Assembly: GCA_050575255.1 (NCBI GenBank)
Contig: JBNZDD010013732.1
Coordinates: 21,629,279-21,693,278 of the forward strand
Direction of reading: 5' to 3'
DNA length: 64,000 nucleotides
Origin: Harriotta raleighana
Lineage: Eukaryota
A program made the translations under genes and the position numbers. Positions within the stretch are counted from its first letter, which is position 1. Each line of letters begins with the position of its first letter. The notes under the pieces were generated by a model. The model did not search any database. It saw only the letters and a list, made by a program, of their open reading frames with translations, and was not told the DNA's origin. This document shows, piece by piece, positions 27,701 to 41,659 of the stretch.

Positions 27701-30700
27701 TGAGGCTCAGAACAGGGCTTCGCAATTATTAATGTGTGACAGAATCAGACCCTAAGTGAATCAATTAAACTACAGCATTCACAATTTTAACAGAGATAAC
27801 TGCTTCAGACTACAATTTTCACACGACAAAGACGACCATTCATGCTCCTTTGAAACCTGACAGGTCAAAAAAAAAAACTTTGAAACAAAAGCACCTTATA
27901 ACCATCATCTCTTCGCTTTACTTGTCACATCGACTTTACTAGTGTCTCCACTGAAATGGCATCACCGTGCCAACTGCCACAAGGTGATTTTTCATGTCTT
28001 GTCAAAAAAAATCTTTTATTCTATTTGCTCTACATTAATGTGTCACATTTATTGATCAAGCCCTTTCTACAGCCACAGCAGGGCACTGCGCTTCCAGGGG
28101 GAGGGTTTTCATGTCCTGATGGTATCGAAGGCCAACATTTTGCAACTTAAATGCACCAAACACAAAACTTCCCTCCACATCCAAACCCATATTTCTAACA
28201 AAATACAAAGACCTACATACCACAATGGAAAAGAACAACTGAGTATGGTTTGTTTTTCAGTTCTTAGAAATATTGCAATTTTTAAAATGCTAAATTTTAC
28301 TGTATTAGATGTAAAAAATATAGCAAATGGAAATGTTCCACTAAACATGACCTAGATTTCAAAAGCATTTAAAGTTCATTCTCACAGTAACCAGAGGAAG
28401 GGAACGAGAATTTTAAACGATGTAGAATTAATTTACTCTAATTATCTTAGAGATACTTGAAAATACACGTATAAAGTTGCGGAAATTCAAACAAAGCTTC
28501 ACAACTTTATCTAATACAACATAAACAAACATGCAAAGCTGTATAGTTAAAATTAAGGTCAAATCTAAACTGATGAAGAGTTCAACTCTATCATACCAAA
28601 CAAGAATGATTTCACCATGTTTCACAAAGGCAACCATTAACACAAGAAATGTACAACTAAATGCATGGGTACCATCAAAATCAAAAGCAAGAGAGAGTAC
28701 TAAGGTAAAACAATGTTGATTTATGGAAAACCTGACAGATAGTGTAAAATACTGTATAAGAAAACCAGGTTAGCAGAATTGTTAGGAGTGCATTTTATCA
28801 GACTAATGAGAAGATGTTGTGCTTCATTACTCTTTTCAGTTTCTTTCACTGACAGTGACATTATCCCTTGTCCACAGCAAGTCATATAGTTAGTCACTTG
28901 ATGCTTTCCATAGTAAGGTACATAACACATCTCATTAAATGCTTGTCCAACATTCACTATGTTTCCATACTTGCTGCCACATCAAATGAAATGCACTTTT
29001 GTATGTCACTGACTATAGAACAATTAAGTATTACCAAACAATCTAAACAGTACTAAACATACACACTGTTTAATTGTAACAGAATTCCACCCAAATCCAT
29101 CCAAAGCTTCCTTTAGAATTCATGCAAGACAAAACCATACAATTTGTAGCTGGCAGACATCAGTATATTTCATTTACAGTTACCATTCTCAATTAGTACA
29201 GCACAAAACATCACAATTTCACAATTAAAAGTTTAATTAATTTATTTATTTCATCAGATCAGATCCAGATTCAGATTGTATAAACGGATCATTATAAAAC
29301 AGCAAAAACACATTTTTATCCAATGCAGCAGTACATAGAGTGCTTCTAAGTTGCCTTTGCATGCGTATATCAAATAAGCAGCAGCCATCTTTGATAGATA
29401 GGCACAATTGTAAATATATCTCCACTTGTCTTTGAGCTGCACACAGCAGGGATCAATGTATCTAGGAGATGACCATTTTTAATCTAATGGTTAATTTGAT
29501 TCCAAGTCAGTGAACTTGGGAGTATTGTTTCTTCATTTAAAATAAAATTAGAATTATAGGTTAAAAAACAATAACTATGATCCTTGCATTTGAGAAAGCA
29601 CCTTTCATGTCATGGAAGAAGTCTCAAAGCACTTCATAGGATTTACCATTTCCCTGCATTTGTAGACAAATGTTTTTTTGTTGCTATTCTAAGTCAATAA
29701 CACAAAAATATTGCAGCATTTCCCGCATACAGAAAAAAAAACATTAAATGATAACGAACCCCAATTAAGTAACAAACTCAAATAACAAAATAAATCATGT
29801 GAAGCAGCTGGTACAGGAGGGAGATGAAATAAATCCATTTTGATTGTGCTCAACTCTTTGTAAGAAGATTTTGCTAAATTGATGAACATTCACTGGTGCC
29901 AACTGACTTGGCCCCTCTTAATTCTAACTAACATGAAGGGATTGTTCACCCTGAAATTCTAGAGTAAAACTTACACGCGGGCAATATCAGGACTCATGTT
30001 GGTGACATTAAGTTACTAATTTTATAGCACACATTATCTAAATCCACGAAAGGGGGAGGGAGAATGCGGATATCAAATATGGTTGCACCACTAGGCCTAT
30101 ATTTTGCCACTATAATAAAATCTTGTTTGTACCACTTGTCAAAAAAACAAGTATTCATTCTGGTACTTGGAGGTTTACACCACAATGACACCTCCAGAGC
30201 ATAATCCACACAACAATATTTTAAGATTAAGCAGTGCCAGTTTGCCTGGGTAAGTTATTTTCATGGTAGCTGTCCCAACTCAATACATCTAAAGTACAAA
30301 AGAAATATATCTCTATCATTTGAAAGCATCCATTTTCTATTGTAGCCTGGCTCTGGGCCCACTAGGCACAGTGTTGTTCTTATTGCATGTTATCATCCAC
30401 TGTAGAATTTCTGTACATAGCAAAATAATTATTACTGATGTAAGAAGAGTTCACAATTGATCTTTATTACAGGTCAGTTTAATAATTGGAAACATCTCCG
30501 CTGTGAAACAAGGTGGTCTGAAGTCTAAAACTCACTTTTACTTGGAATAAACCTAATCATACTTTGCGATGTTCGGATGATAAAAGCCATCACGTATTAC
30601 TGAAGATGCAACAAAAATTCTAATTCTATGAAATGTTCCATTTTCAAACTTCAAATTGGCGTTAGTGTAAAGCAATTTGCCATAAATATGGGGGACAGGG

Positions 30701-31581
30701 AGGACAAAAGAAATGAAAGGGGTTAAGCCCTACCTGTCACTGGTTCAACTGATTAAATTAAGTCCCAAGCAACGCAGCTCTTCACTCACCTTAAAATTGT
30801 TGTCCAATTTGATACAAAGGCATTAAGTTGTCAGAGATGTATTATTTCTTAAAAAGGTACTGTACTAAAAATCTCCCAAATAACAGCAATGCACATTTCA
30901 CTTTAACAGCAATTTAAGCTTTAAATAAAATTACATAAATACTGGGTATATAAATACTTACACATATGACCAAGATGCAATGTGGATCAGCTGTCTTATA
31001 CAACAACTTATAGGACAAAAGAAAATCCCAAATGGTTGATATATGTTTCTTGAACTGTTTAATTGCAACACAGCCTTAATTATTCTTCACATAAATATTT
31101 ATAAATATATATAAAAGACATTCAAGAAGCAGCTTAGAGAATTTTTAGGGAATAGTTATAGACAATCGAGTTGTTTATTCCATCGTTGATCTACCAGATC
31201 ACAAGTCTCAGCATTTTCCCACAGTTTCTATCTCCATTACTCAAGATTACTGAGAGGAACTTGATCAGTTTTTAAATTATTTTACCATTCCTCATAGTTT
31301 GCATTTTACTTAACACACTCATGTCCTACAATGTAAATGCAGCATTTGATTTTTTTGTAAAAGTGGAAGCCCGTGAGTGAAGCTATTCTCTTGTGAAGGA
31401 GGAGGGGAGAAATGAAGCAAGGTTCTCTGTAGCACTTCTGTCTCAGTAAAATGACAAAGGGAAAGTGCAATGAACAACTCTGTTTGAGGGATTCTAATCT
31501 AATAACTGAGCCAGACAGGCCTGAGAAATTTCAGAGTATCTTCAATGACTAACCAACTTGCCCGACTCATTAATGGTTATT

Positions 31582-31891
31582 AATAATAATCCTTGCATTT
31601 CATATAGCACTTTTCACATCTTCCAGACGTCTCAAAATGCTTCACAGTATATACTGTAAAGTGAATTGACTGTATATTTGTGGGCAAAACATGCAGTCAA
31701 TTGTGCACAAAAGTGTCCCACAAACAGTCATGGATTGAAGTGACTATTCCTTATTATTGTATTTCTTTCTTGAGGGATTATTATTAGGCACGTGGAATAG
31801 GGAAACTTTCCCAAGGATTCACCCTGACAGGAATCAAACCAGATTTCTCACTTGAGAGGCAAATGCTTTAACCACTGAGCTACAGGACTCC
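31582..31891 (-). mobile_element. Full-length tRNA-derived SINE (same family)
   Basis: On + it reads from the (AAT)n CCTTGCATTT tail through AACCACTGAGCTACAGGACTCC, the reverse complement of the head. Confidence 0.88.
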
Positions 31892-33408
31892 AATTGAAAG
31901 AGTTCACAAGTTTCTGTGGCTCTTCCCACTTGGTTCTCCATGACCCTGCACGTGAACATTATAACGAGAAGGTTGATCCTAGGTGAATGAGCATTGAGAA
32001 ACTTTCCAACCTTCGTACTGGTATGTTACCTGTTTTAGATGGTTAAATTCTAAAACACACTGTGGAGGACTAAAACCTAAGATTAGACTTGGAGGATAAA
32101 TCCTCCCAGACAGAGTAGAGTGTGCACTCCAGAATTAGAAAACAAAAGTTGTCTTTTATAGGCTTTAGCAGCTAGAAGTGAAGACCTTTGTGTATGCACC
32201 AAAAAAGCGCAACTAAAATGACACTGTCACGTGAAGGGTAGCAGATTACAAAAATATTTTTCATTTGCAATGTAGATTTTTTTTAAAAACATTGTAATAC
32301 CAGGAGTTTTTGAAATTAATTGAGGGAAATAATAAGTTTACAATAATTCATAAATTCACTGATACATATTCCTTTGAACTGCATACTTCATTAATCAGAG
32401 TAGGGTGCAAATAACAGAGGTCTACACATAACACAGATAAATGTCTTAGCTGTGTTCTCGCTGGCAAATTAAATTTTACAGTGTACTTGCACATGTGAAA
32501 TGCTAACGTGATACAAACATAGCAGCATTCTATTCAAAAAAGCCCGTTTAGGTGCTGTTGATCATCACATTGTTACAATTGTCTCAATACAAATGCCTAC
32601 AGTCCTGAAAGGACCAATTCGCTTTGGAAAAAATAAATTGGAAGATACATCATGAGTGACCAGGTTACCAGAATCCTTAGTCACCTGCAAAAGATCCAGA
32701 ACTGGTGAGCACTGCAGTAACAGGTGAGTGATGAGGAGTCTTACACATGGCTGGAAACACACCTGGAACTCAGTCAAACATAAAATGTTCTACTGATTCC
32801 ACAATCATTGGAATCTCTGCACAATTTTTTAATCCAGTCTAATATGTATCATATCATCCCCTGCACCCCAAACCCCCAACTCTCTCTCTCTTTCACTCTC
32901 TCACCCACCACCCCCCCACACTCCCCCACCCCGCCCCCCACCACCCCACCTGGCGAATATGGTTTGTTTCCACAGAATAACAAGTTGACCTTAAGCAAGG
33001 ACACATATTGTACATCACTGTTTCCGATAAAAAAAAAATCCTCTAAACTTAGGGCAGTTCAAACGGCTCTGCTGCATGCGTTTTACATTGAAAAAATTGG
33101 AACAAATTCCTCCTTTATTAAAAACACCAGAAGAAAAGATCAAGAGTTAAGATGTTGAGATGGTAAGATATAGTACATTGATTGTACTATGAAATGTCCT
33201 TGATCCAGAGGAAAAATACATGCATGCTGTGCAGTATGCCTACTTCATGTGCTGTGAAAAATTAGTTACCCAGAACACTAGAATTTGTTAATACAACATG
33301 GTCAAAGTCTAAAGTTATGACCATATACAGTACAGTACTGTACTTCAGTAAGTGGGTGGGGCGATGTTGTTCGTTGATAGCAACTTACCTTAGCAGACTA
33401 AATCTTAC

Positions 33409-33509
33409 CTGAGCAGATTGAAACTAAGATCTAGTCGCTTGGTGAAATCTCCATATTTTGTTCCCAGAAATTCTGGAATAGTTTCACAGTCCTGACCAAT
33501 GTAAGCAAC
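33409..33509 (-). CDS. LRMDA: LRMDA coding exon 2 (101 nt), [33 protein letters not shown](R)
   Basis: Reverse strand: tttctgcag|GTT GCT TAC ATT GGT CAG GAC TGT ... CTA GAT CTT AGT TTC AAT CTG CTC AG|gtaaga. It matches human LRMDA VSYIGQDCREIPEHLG...[11 protein letters not shown] (first leucine-rich repeat). Later exons were not found in the window. Confidence 0.93.
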
Positions 33510-34189
33510 CTGCAGAAACATTTTTTTTTAAAACAGCATTGCAGTTAAATTTCAAAGAAAAAAATTAATTTGATTCAATATTCTTCTGCAAATATGAATT
33601 TTCGTGGACATTTCATTCCTCCATAAAACTTCTGACATTTCAAGCAATACAGTTCAATCAATCATGAAAAATATGCACATGTTATTCTACTGCAGATTAA
33701 AATACCAGGCTGCTGGAAGTCTAATGAGAGTAAATGTAACTAGATTGGCATTATACAAATCGGCATCTTAAAGAGAAAGATGAAGAGTTGCACTAAAATT
33801 TTAGCCTAGCTTTTCCTTTTTGATGTTGATTGACCTGCTGCACATTTTCAGTAGATTCTGGACTGCAACTGCACAGTGTTCAGCAAGATTTGAATTGGGA
33901 AGCAGTGAGGAATCCCCAGAAACATTCATGAGCTCTTGTGATGGCTCACCTTGGGACGTGAAAAGCAGGCACTACAATATATAAATGCAATTTGATGTTG
34001 TTCACCTGTTTAAGCCCTTGCCCAGTGTGCAACCAAACCACACAGTGAGGTACCTGATTTAGACCAACGTCTAGTCTGGATTATCTAATTTGCTGGGCAG
34101 CAGTAGAAGAAACTGCATGAAATCATGGGGCACTAACTGCACAAAGGCTGGGTACATGGTCAATTAGATAGTGACTGGAGGACATCAAT

Positions 34190-34450
34190 TTGAAATAGCT
34201 AGCAAACAAGCAATCGGGGAGTTTAGGAGAAATGTCTTCGCACAGAGAGTGGTTAGGATATAGAATGCCCTGCCGGGAGCTGTGGTTGAGGCAGAATATC
34301 TATGGGCTTTCAAATGGGAACTAGATATATATCCAAAAAGGAGTAAATTGCATGGGCTTGGGGAAAAGGATAATTGGGGCTGAAAGGATTGCTCTTTAAA
34401 AGAGCCAGCAAAGTGGCCTTCTTCTGTACTGTAAATGTCTAAGGTTTCAT
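34190..34450 (+). mobile_element. CR1 LINE 3' end fragment
   Basis: TTTAGGAGAAATGTCTTCGCACAGAGAGTGGTTAGGATATAGAATGCCCTGCCG (RRN.F.QRVV..WNALP-like), FKWELD, and 3'UTR TGGCCTTCTTCTGTACTGTAAAT. Confidence 0.75.
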
Positions 34451-37400
34451 GCTGCATGACCACATACATGACATGTTCCTCTCTTCTCAATGCAAATTTA
34501 TAATTGTACAATTATTTTAAATTAATGTGTGTTTACAGGCCATGTTATCGGCATGTGTGGCAAGAAACATCAGTTAACACATTAAAGGACTTTCATGTTG
34601 CTGGGCACACATTATTACCAGTGTAATGTTCAGTAGAATAATTTCTCAAGAGCGAAGTTGTAAAATGCAGTACTGTGTATGAAATGTTGTGTAAAACTAT
34701 TATCTATCACAAAGAATGCAATGAATGAATAAAGAAAAAAAGTGCAATATAACAAATTTCTAAGCAATCTATTTCTGCATTTAAATTTTAACACACATTT
34801 AAATACTTTTGAACTTATAAGCATTCATTTAAAGCCAATATTTGATGTTCTTCGGGAAGGGAGAAATATACAATTAATTTATTTATTCAGACAGACGTAA
34901 AAATTTAAACAGTGTAAAATTAAAGCATTTCTATAATTTCACACACTTTCTAGTAGTCTTTTAGTATTGAACATGAGAACAGGGTCATCATTCTGCAGGT
35001 ACCGTTTGTTGCATATTGAATTAAGAACATGAGTGGCCATTGAATATGGATGATGGAAGGATAAAAAGGTTAAAAAGATTCTGGGAGAAGTCGGCGCAGA
35101 TTTAAAGAGGTTAATTTGTAATTGGAATTAGTGTATCTACATTATGTTTTTGAATTAAATAACATTACACTGTTTGAATAAATCTTTGAAAATAGATGAG
35201 GGCCAAAAGAGTTAACATCCCATGCACTAATGTGTTTTATGATGACAAACAAATGCATTGATGCATGAAGTAAGTAATGAACAGAACAGCAAACACTTCA
35301 GGGGAGCTACAGAAATCTTCAGCTCCGCACTCCCATTCAAGAAAGAACTGCTGTGGTTCTCCACAATCTGGGCTGAGTGCATGATTGTTTGCAGGGCAAG
35401 GTCCTACTTCACCCAACCAGCAATTCTTTGTTCAAGCACACTGGTCATAACCAGTTGGACCAAAAATACTCTCATAACCCTTAATCTTTCACTGAGCAAG
35501 GTGTCAACAACAGCCGCATAAACACAGCAGTAATTGCTAGTTGTAGCCATTCTGTTGTTCATGGGTTTTAATTTCCAGAATTCCACTGAGATCAAAATCA
35601 AATTGACCTGCCTAATGTTTATAATTAAAGACACCGTCTCTGCAACATAATGAACATTTAACTTGCTCCCAACTACTGCACTTACATACAGGTTGTGGCA
35701 ACTGAGATTTAATCACATATTGCCTTTTCAAACTACAGAAGGAAGGCAGAGTTGAATAACACACTGTAGTTTAGCTCCATAAACTCCAGCCTATGCAGAG
35801 CCAAAACCAAACTACCTATGCACTGTGACAATTGTATGCTCTGTTTAGATATGGAAGAATATAAACTAAAGTTCATATAACTAGCAAAAAAGCTTAAAGA
35901 CAAATGCCAATTCATGTCACCTTATTGATGTTACCAATGGTGAGAAAGATAAAAGTTCATTAGACAGCCTACTATTGTTCACTATACAGCCTTTCATACA
36001 TGAATAATAGCAGCTTGCACAATTTATCAGAGTACAGAATAATGCCCACTTGCCAGCTTCAGATGAGGACAAGTGATGGATAGAACATGTGAGGAAAGGA
36101 AATCATTTCATTATTTTGAATTGTCACGCAGCCTAAAAACGTGCAGGACCAAATTAACATAAAATACTGCTTCAATTAAAAAAGCAAATATTTCACAAAT
36201 ATTGTACCCATTTTCCCATCATTACACAGATACTACTCCACTTTACAGTATATGCTGTGAAACCCTCTGAGTGGTTCTCCCGATATGAAAGCAACTACAG
36301 TACTGTATATCAAATACATGTTTCTATAAGATCCACTTACCAGACAGATTTGAGGTGGGCCTTTAAGGCAAATTCTCACTGTCAGCAAACACATACAGGT
36401 GATTAATGTATCTATAAGCCAAATGTCTGTGCATTTACGAGAGTTAGTAAAATTACATCTATTGTAAATAACAATAAGAATATATTTGAGCTTACTAAAT
36501 AGCTACATTTTGCATTGATATTTTGCTCACAAGAATAATAACAACAATAATCCATGCGTTTGATGTAGCGCCTATTCATATTTTAATAAAATATACAATT
36601 ACATTGTTTATGCCCTAAAGAGAGCACTCCAAAATATGTTGCTTCCATATTTTTATATCCTCCCGACATGAAAGACGCTCTATAAATGTAATTTTGTTGT
36701 TGTTGTTTTACATTCCTTACAACATTTGCTTAGATTTTGGGAGATATTTAGTTCCCTAACCTTTTGCCTCAAATGGATCTGCACTGACCCCCACCAAGGA
36801 CCTTATTCTCTTTAGGGTAAAGAGCTGAGTGCTAAATTTGCTGTGCCATCTATATCTGACATCCTGACGTGTAATGAACAAAAGGTCACTGGACGTTTTA
36901 CATTCCAAGTATAAGTTTAAATTGCTTAAATCAGTGCAGACCTATTGAAGTTGGATTTAAACACTGTATAAGATAATATGGTTTACTTTCACTTTTCTTT
37001 GTAAATTTCCAAAAGTCAACAAACAAAAATACCCAAACAATTGTGCACCCAAACCCAAACAAAGAGATCAATCAGTAATCAAGGCTATTCCAAAACTAAA
37101 GAATCATTCAGCAACGATAAAGCTTCTTCACGTTCTCTCTCTCCTCCTTTCCCCCTCCAAAAGAAAGCAGATTTCCCACAGTCAGGTCATTACAAAAAGT
37201 GATGGTGACTAAACCTGGATACCAAATTCCTCTCCAGAGCATATGGGAAGCAAGATTCATCCTAACAACAAGTACTTTCTCAATTTGTCACTGAAATTGA
37301 ACACCTCTGCTCCAGCAGTTCAACCCATTTGAAGCAGCTCAAAATTCTGCTAATATTTCTCTCAGTCTGAAAGACTAAACCTAACTTTCCACTCCTAGCC

Positions 37401-39009
37401 GTTTCTTGCCACAACAATCAATCTTTTCTTAAAACTGGTTTATTAGGGACTGCAATAGCCAAATTCAGTCCAAGTAAAAATCTGCCCCTGAGTGGAATGC
37501 GTAGATGTCTCCACATGACATCTTCAATCATTCCCAATGGAAAGTAGATTTGAACTATGTAACAGAATTCAAAAGATCACAAGATTAATTTGGATGCAAA
37601 AGGCCCTTCAGCCCATCTGATCCCATCGTTCCAGACCCTCTACTGTCCTCCCATCAAGTTTATACCCAACCATCTCATTTCATCGAAACAGCCATTGCAT
37701 AGAAACTATTCAATTGATTCATCTTCAACCATGCCTTCACTTTTTCCCCAGTTCGGTGTCAAACTGGACCACTGTTAGTACCCGATAGAAAGGAAATTAT
37801 ATAAATGCAATTTGTTTCTGTTGTGGGATAGCAAGTGACAGTTACAATATCACTGTGGTCGATTGCCTCAAGTAACGCAGATCTCTCAGGATGAAGGAGA
37901 AATGGGGATATTATATAAAACTAGACCTAAAGTGTTGCTATTGACTCTTAAGGAAAAAAAGGGAAGAGTCACAGCAGGCAACCTTGCTACATTCTCCTGG
38001 GGAAAGTAAGGGAGAGGTACCTGCCAGGGGCAGGGACTTAAAACAGCCAGTCAAAAGCCAATTTATGAACAGACTTGCAAAGCCAAGTCTTGCGAGAGCA
38101 CAGCATAAGTTGGGTTCCTGCCTTTATTTTTCACATTTCAATGCCTAAGTTCTCTACTAATTTTGTTTAATCTAAAGTTATAATTAAGGCTTATTATGTC
38201 ATTACAGCAAGTAAAAATGAAGCAAAAATAGGTAACTAAACCGCTGAGCATCACAGCAATAAAATGAACTTTATCTTAAGGGAAAAGAACAGTAAACGTA
38301 GCAAAACCAGTACATCATCTCTCCTCGTTGATACGAACAGAAAGCCTGTTGCAGAATGTCACTGTGTCCTTTCATTTTTCATAAATTGAATTTGTTGTAA
38401 TAAATCATAGGGTACACGTTTAGTCTGTCCTTGGACTTTCTTTCTCCGTCTCTTTCCAACCAGTAAAGATTTTGATCTTGGAAAATGTCCTTTCAACATT
38501 GGCACTTGACACTAGAGAGGCCAATATATACAGAAACCATTCTAACATGTCAGGCCAACTACTGATACGTCCCCTGCCAGATTTGGTGAACAAGAAGACT
38601 CTGACCAGAAAGGTACTCAGAAAGCTGGGAATGTATCACAGCAAAAGCATTATAATGATGAAACTCTTCAAACATTGAAGATAATTCCCACTCTCTACAT
38701 GAATGCATAACCTCTACTAATTACCACAGTGATACTACACTTTAGAAGGCACTTCATGTGACATTGATATATTCCATTTACCATACATAGTGTCCAAAAA
38801 GTTGTAAAACTGGCATTGCTGGTGTAATGTTTGCTATAGGTCAAAGCAGATCGACAATGTTGAGTTGAGGACATAAACGTCACATGAAAATATTCTTGGG
38901 TCGCTGAGTAAAATTCAATTAAAGGATCGGTCCCCTTTAAGATAGACGATTCATTGGCCACCAACGAGTTGTGAGAAGGTCTATGGCTGCTCTGCGTCAG
39001 AGCTGCTCG

Positions 39010-39506
39010 ATGGTCTTCCTATGGTCTTGCTCAGGGCTCAGCACTTTCCTCTCCCAGCTCCCCTTAAAAAATATCTGTGAATACATTTTGGGGGAACGGT
39101 ATCTGAGCACCCTCAAGCCCTCATCACCCACCGCCTATGGAATAAACTCCATTCATTCTTCATCCAACTTACTTAATCAACTGCCTCCACTTCATCTCAG
39201 CAAATGGTTTCTCCTCTTGCCCCAGCCAGTGATATGTGGGATACCCCAGGGCCAAATTCATGATCCTCTTCTTTTCCTATCTATATGTTCCCTCTTGGCA
39301 ATGTCATCCACAGAAAACTTCCATAACAACAACAACAACAACTTCGATTTATATAGCGCCCTCCAAGCCGGACGGCGTCTTACAGCACATTATTGAGGAT
39401 GACACACAATTCTACTTTGCCTCCTCCATCATGGACCCCAAGTATGCCGATATTCTATCAGCTTGACTGGTAGTCATCAGGGCCTGGATGAGTGCAAACT
39501 TCCTAC

Positions 39507-39540
<34 letters not shown>

Positions 39541-40619
39541 CTTTGCATTTGATATAGCGCTTTTCACATCTTATCAACGTCCCAAAGCGCTTCACAGAAT
39601 ATACTGTAAAGTGAATTGACTGTATATTTGTGGGCGGAACGCGGCAGCCAATTGCGCACAGCAGTGTCCCACAAACAGTTGTGGGTTGAAATGACCAATT
39701 TTATTATTGTGGGTTTTTTGGAGGGATTATTATTAGGCATGTGGAGTAAGGAAACTTGCCCAAGGTTTCGCCCTGATCTGCCTGGATTCGAACACAGGTC
39801 TCATGCTTGTAAGGCATGTAAGGCGAGTGCTCTAACCACTGAGCCACAGGAGCTCCACAGTTGAATGTAGACAAGATGGAAGCCATATTACTTAGCTCCT
39901 ATTAATGTCCCTGTGTTTTCCCTCAGTCTCACCGAACCAGTGCATAATCTAGGAATCTGGTTCGACCTTCAGCTACCTTGACCAGGACCGCCTTCCTCCA
40001 CCACCGCCATATTGCCCACCTCCAACCATACCTTACCATAAATGCAGCTGAAACCCTTGTCATATGTTTATCACCTCCCATCTGGATTACACAAACGCAC
40101 TCCTCGCCAATCTCCTCAACTACACTGTTCAAAAAAATCCAGTGCATTCAGAACTCTTCTCTGCATACTTACACAGACCAAACTCCATCCCACCATCTCA
40201 TCAGTTCTGGCCAGGCTCCACTGGCTTCTGGCCACCAAATGGATTGACTTCAAAATCCTCACACTCGTGTTCAAATTCATTAACTTCCCGGCACCTCCCT
40301 ATCTCTCCGACCTCCTCACTCCCCAATTCACCACAGGGCACCTCTGCTCAACCGGCACCGGTCTCCCCATTTGCCCCCCCCGCATCCTTTGCTCGACCAT
40401 TGAAGATCATGCTCTCAGCCATTATGCCTCCAAACTGTGAAGCACTCTCCCTCAATCCCTCCACCTTGCCCCACTCTCTCCCCCTTTTCAAATCCTCCCT
40501 GAAAACCTTTCTTTAGGACCATGCTTACGGTCACCTTGCCCACACCCCACCATTGTTAAGCGCTCTGAGACACTGCCCTGCGTGGAAAATGCGATATAAG
40601 TGCAAGTTGTTGTTGTTGT
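39010..40619 (+). mobile_element. Degenerate L2-clade LINE 3' portion (RT remnants), interrupted by two insertions
   Basis: Frameshifted RT-like peptides: GIPQG..LLF, (Y)xDDTQFY, AWMSANFLQLN|VDK.EAI, HLDYTNALLA, ISSVLARLHWL..WIDFKIL, FKSSLKTFL. The 3' tail AAGCGCTCTGAGAC...ATATAAGTGCAAGTTGTTGTTG. The 5' boundary is approximate. Confidence 0.85.
39511..39856 (-). mobile_element. Full-length tRNA-derived SINE inserted into the L2 element
   Basis: Head GGAGCTCCTGTGGCTCAGTGGTTAGAGC (A box)...GTTCGAATCC (B box), body GGGACACTGCTGTGCGCAATTGGCTGCC, tail GCGCTATATCAAATGCAAAG(ATT)n. ACAGTT is repeated at 39505-39510 and 39857-39862 (TSD). Confidence 0.92.
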
Positions 40620-41659
40620 ATTCTCAAATGACAATATGCCATCAGTGCCGATAATACTGAAAGACTGATTCTTCCTGATTTCCATTAGTTACATCCTCAA
40701 AAATTGCAGAATGCAGTAAATTGAATTTTGCTTCATGTTGCTTTTAATATAGTCAAAAAAGATTTCATATCTCTTTCCAGTGGTTTCTTTACCTAACTAA
40801 ATTCTCTAAAGGGCACCACATAACATCAATCATCGCATTAACTGAATACCATCAGCTTTGTGTCAACAGTAGGGTTGACAAATGGATTCATACCTAGTCA
40901 ACAGCAATCTGTATAGTATTTATATTTCAGGTGCTCATACTTTCTGTAAATGAATGATCAACTTGTGTATATTTGTGATTCAAGGAGCTTAAAGGAGCTG
41001 GTTTAAGAATAGCATCAAGTAAATGGCACAACCCTATGTAGGCTTTATAAAATAGGCATACCAGTTCTAGCCATATCTAATCCATCAGAGACAGATTAAA
41101 ATATCACAGCAGATCATACTTTGTCCTAAAATCTCACCTAGTTTCAAAATAGCAAACCTCTTTCTTCTCAAACTGAACACTTGACATCTAAAGTACTTTT
41201 CGAAGGGTAAAATGCACAAGTAAACAAAGAATTTCAAAATCAAATTCAAAGCATTTATGCGAGAGGTATTAAGGGACATTTTTGATATTGAGAATACAGT
41301 GTATCTTTTAATGGTGATCAAAAATAAACTGACAATCCAAATATACACTAAAATACTTTGTTCTTGGGAGTATTATCTCCAGGGAAAATTTTGACTGATC
41401 CTGTTAATGATACATTTTTTTCAAATTTTAGTGGTACAACAGGCTTTAAAATTGCTTTTGGATTTTAAATGAGTATTTAAATTTTTCTGGTGAAGATTTT
41501 CTGGACAGATAAACAAAAACACAGTCTTAACAACAAACAACAAAATTACACTTATAGAGTGTTTTTTGCATCAGGAGGATGTCGCAAGGCGCTGAGAAGT
41601 TGTTTTCAAATTATAAATAAACTAAATAAATAATAAATTTCAATAGCAAAAACAAATAT

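Noticed and set aside
30785-30830. Minus-strand LDNN followed by AAG|GTGAGT, considered as LRMDA exon 3
   Set aside because: The upstream frame reads stop-C-L-C-I-K-LDNN, not LEELILDNN, and the downstream LRR residues are missing.
39978-40516. Overlapping ORFs of 89-150 aa
   Set aside because: Frameshifted remnants of L2 ORF2, not a host gene.
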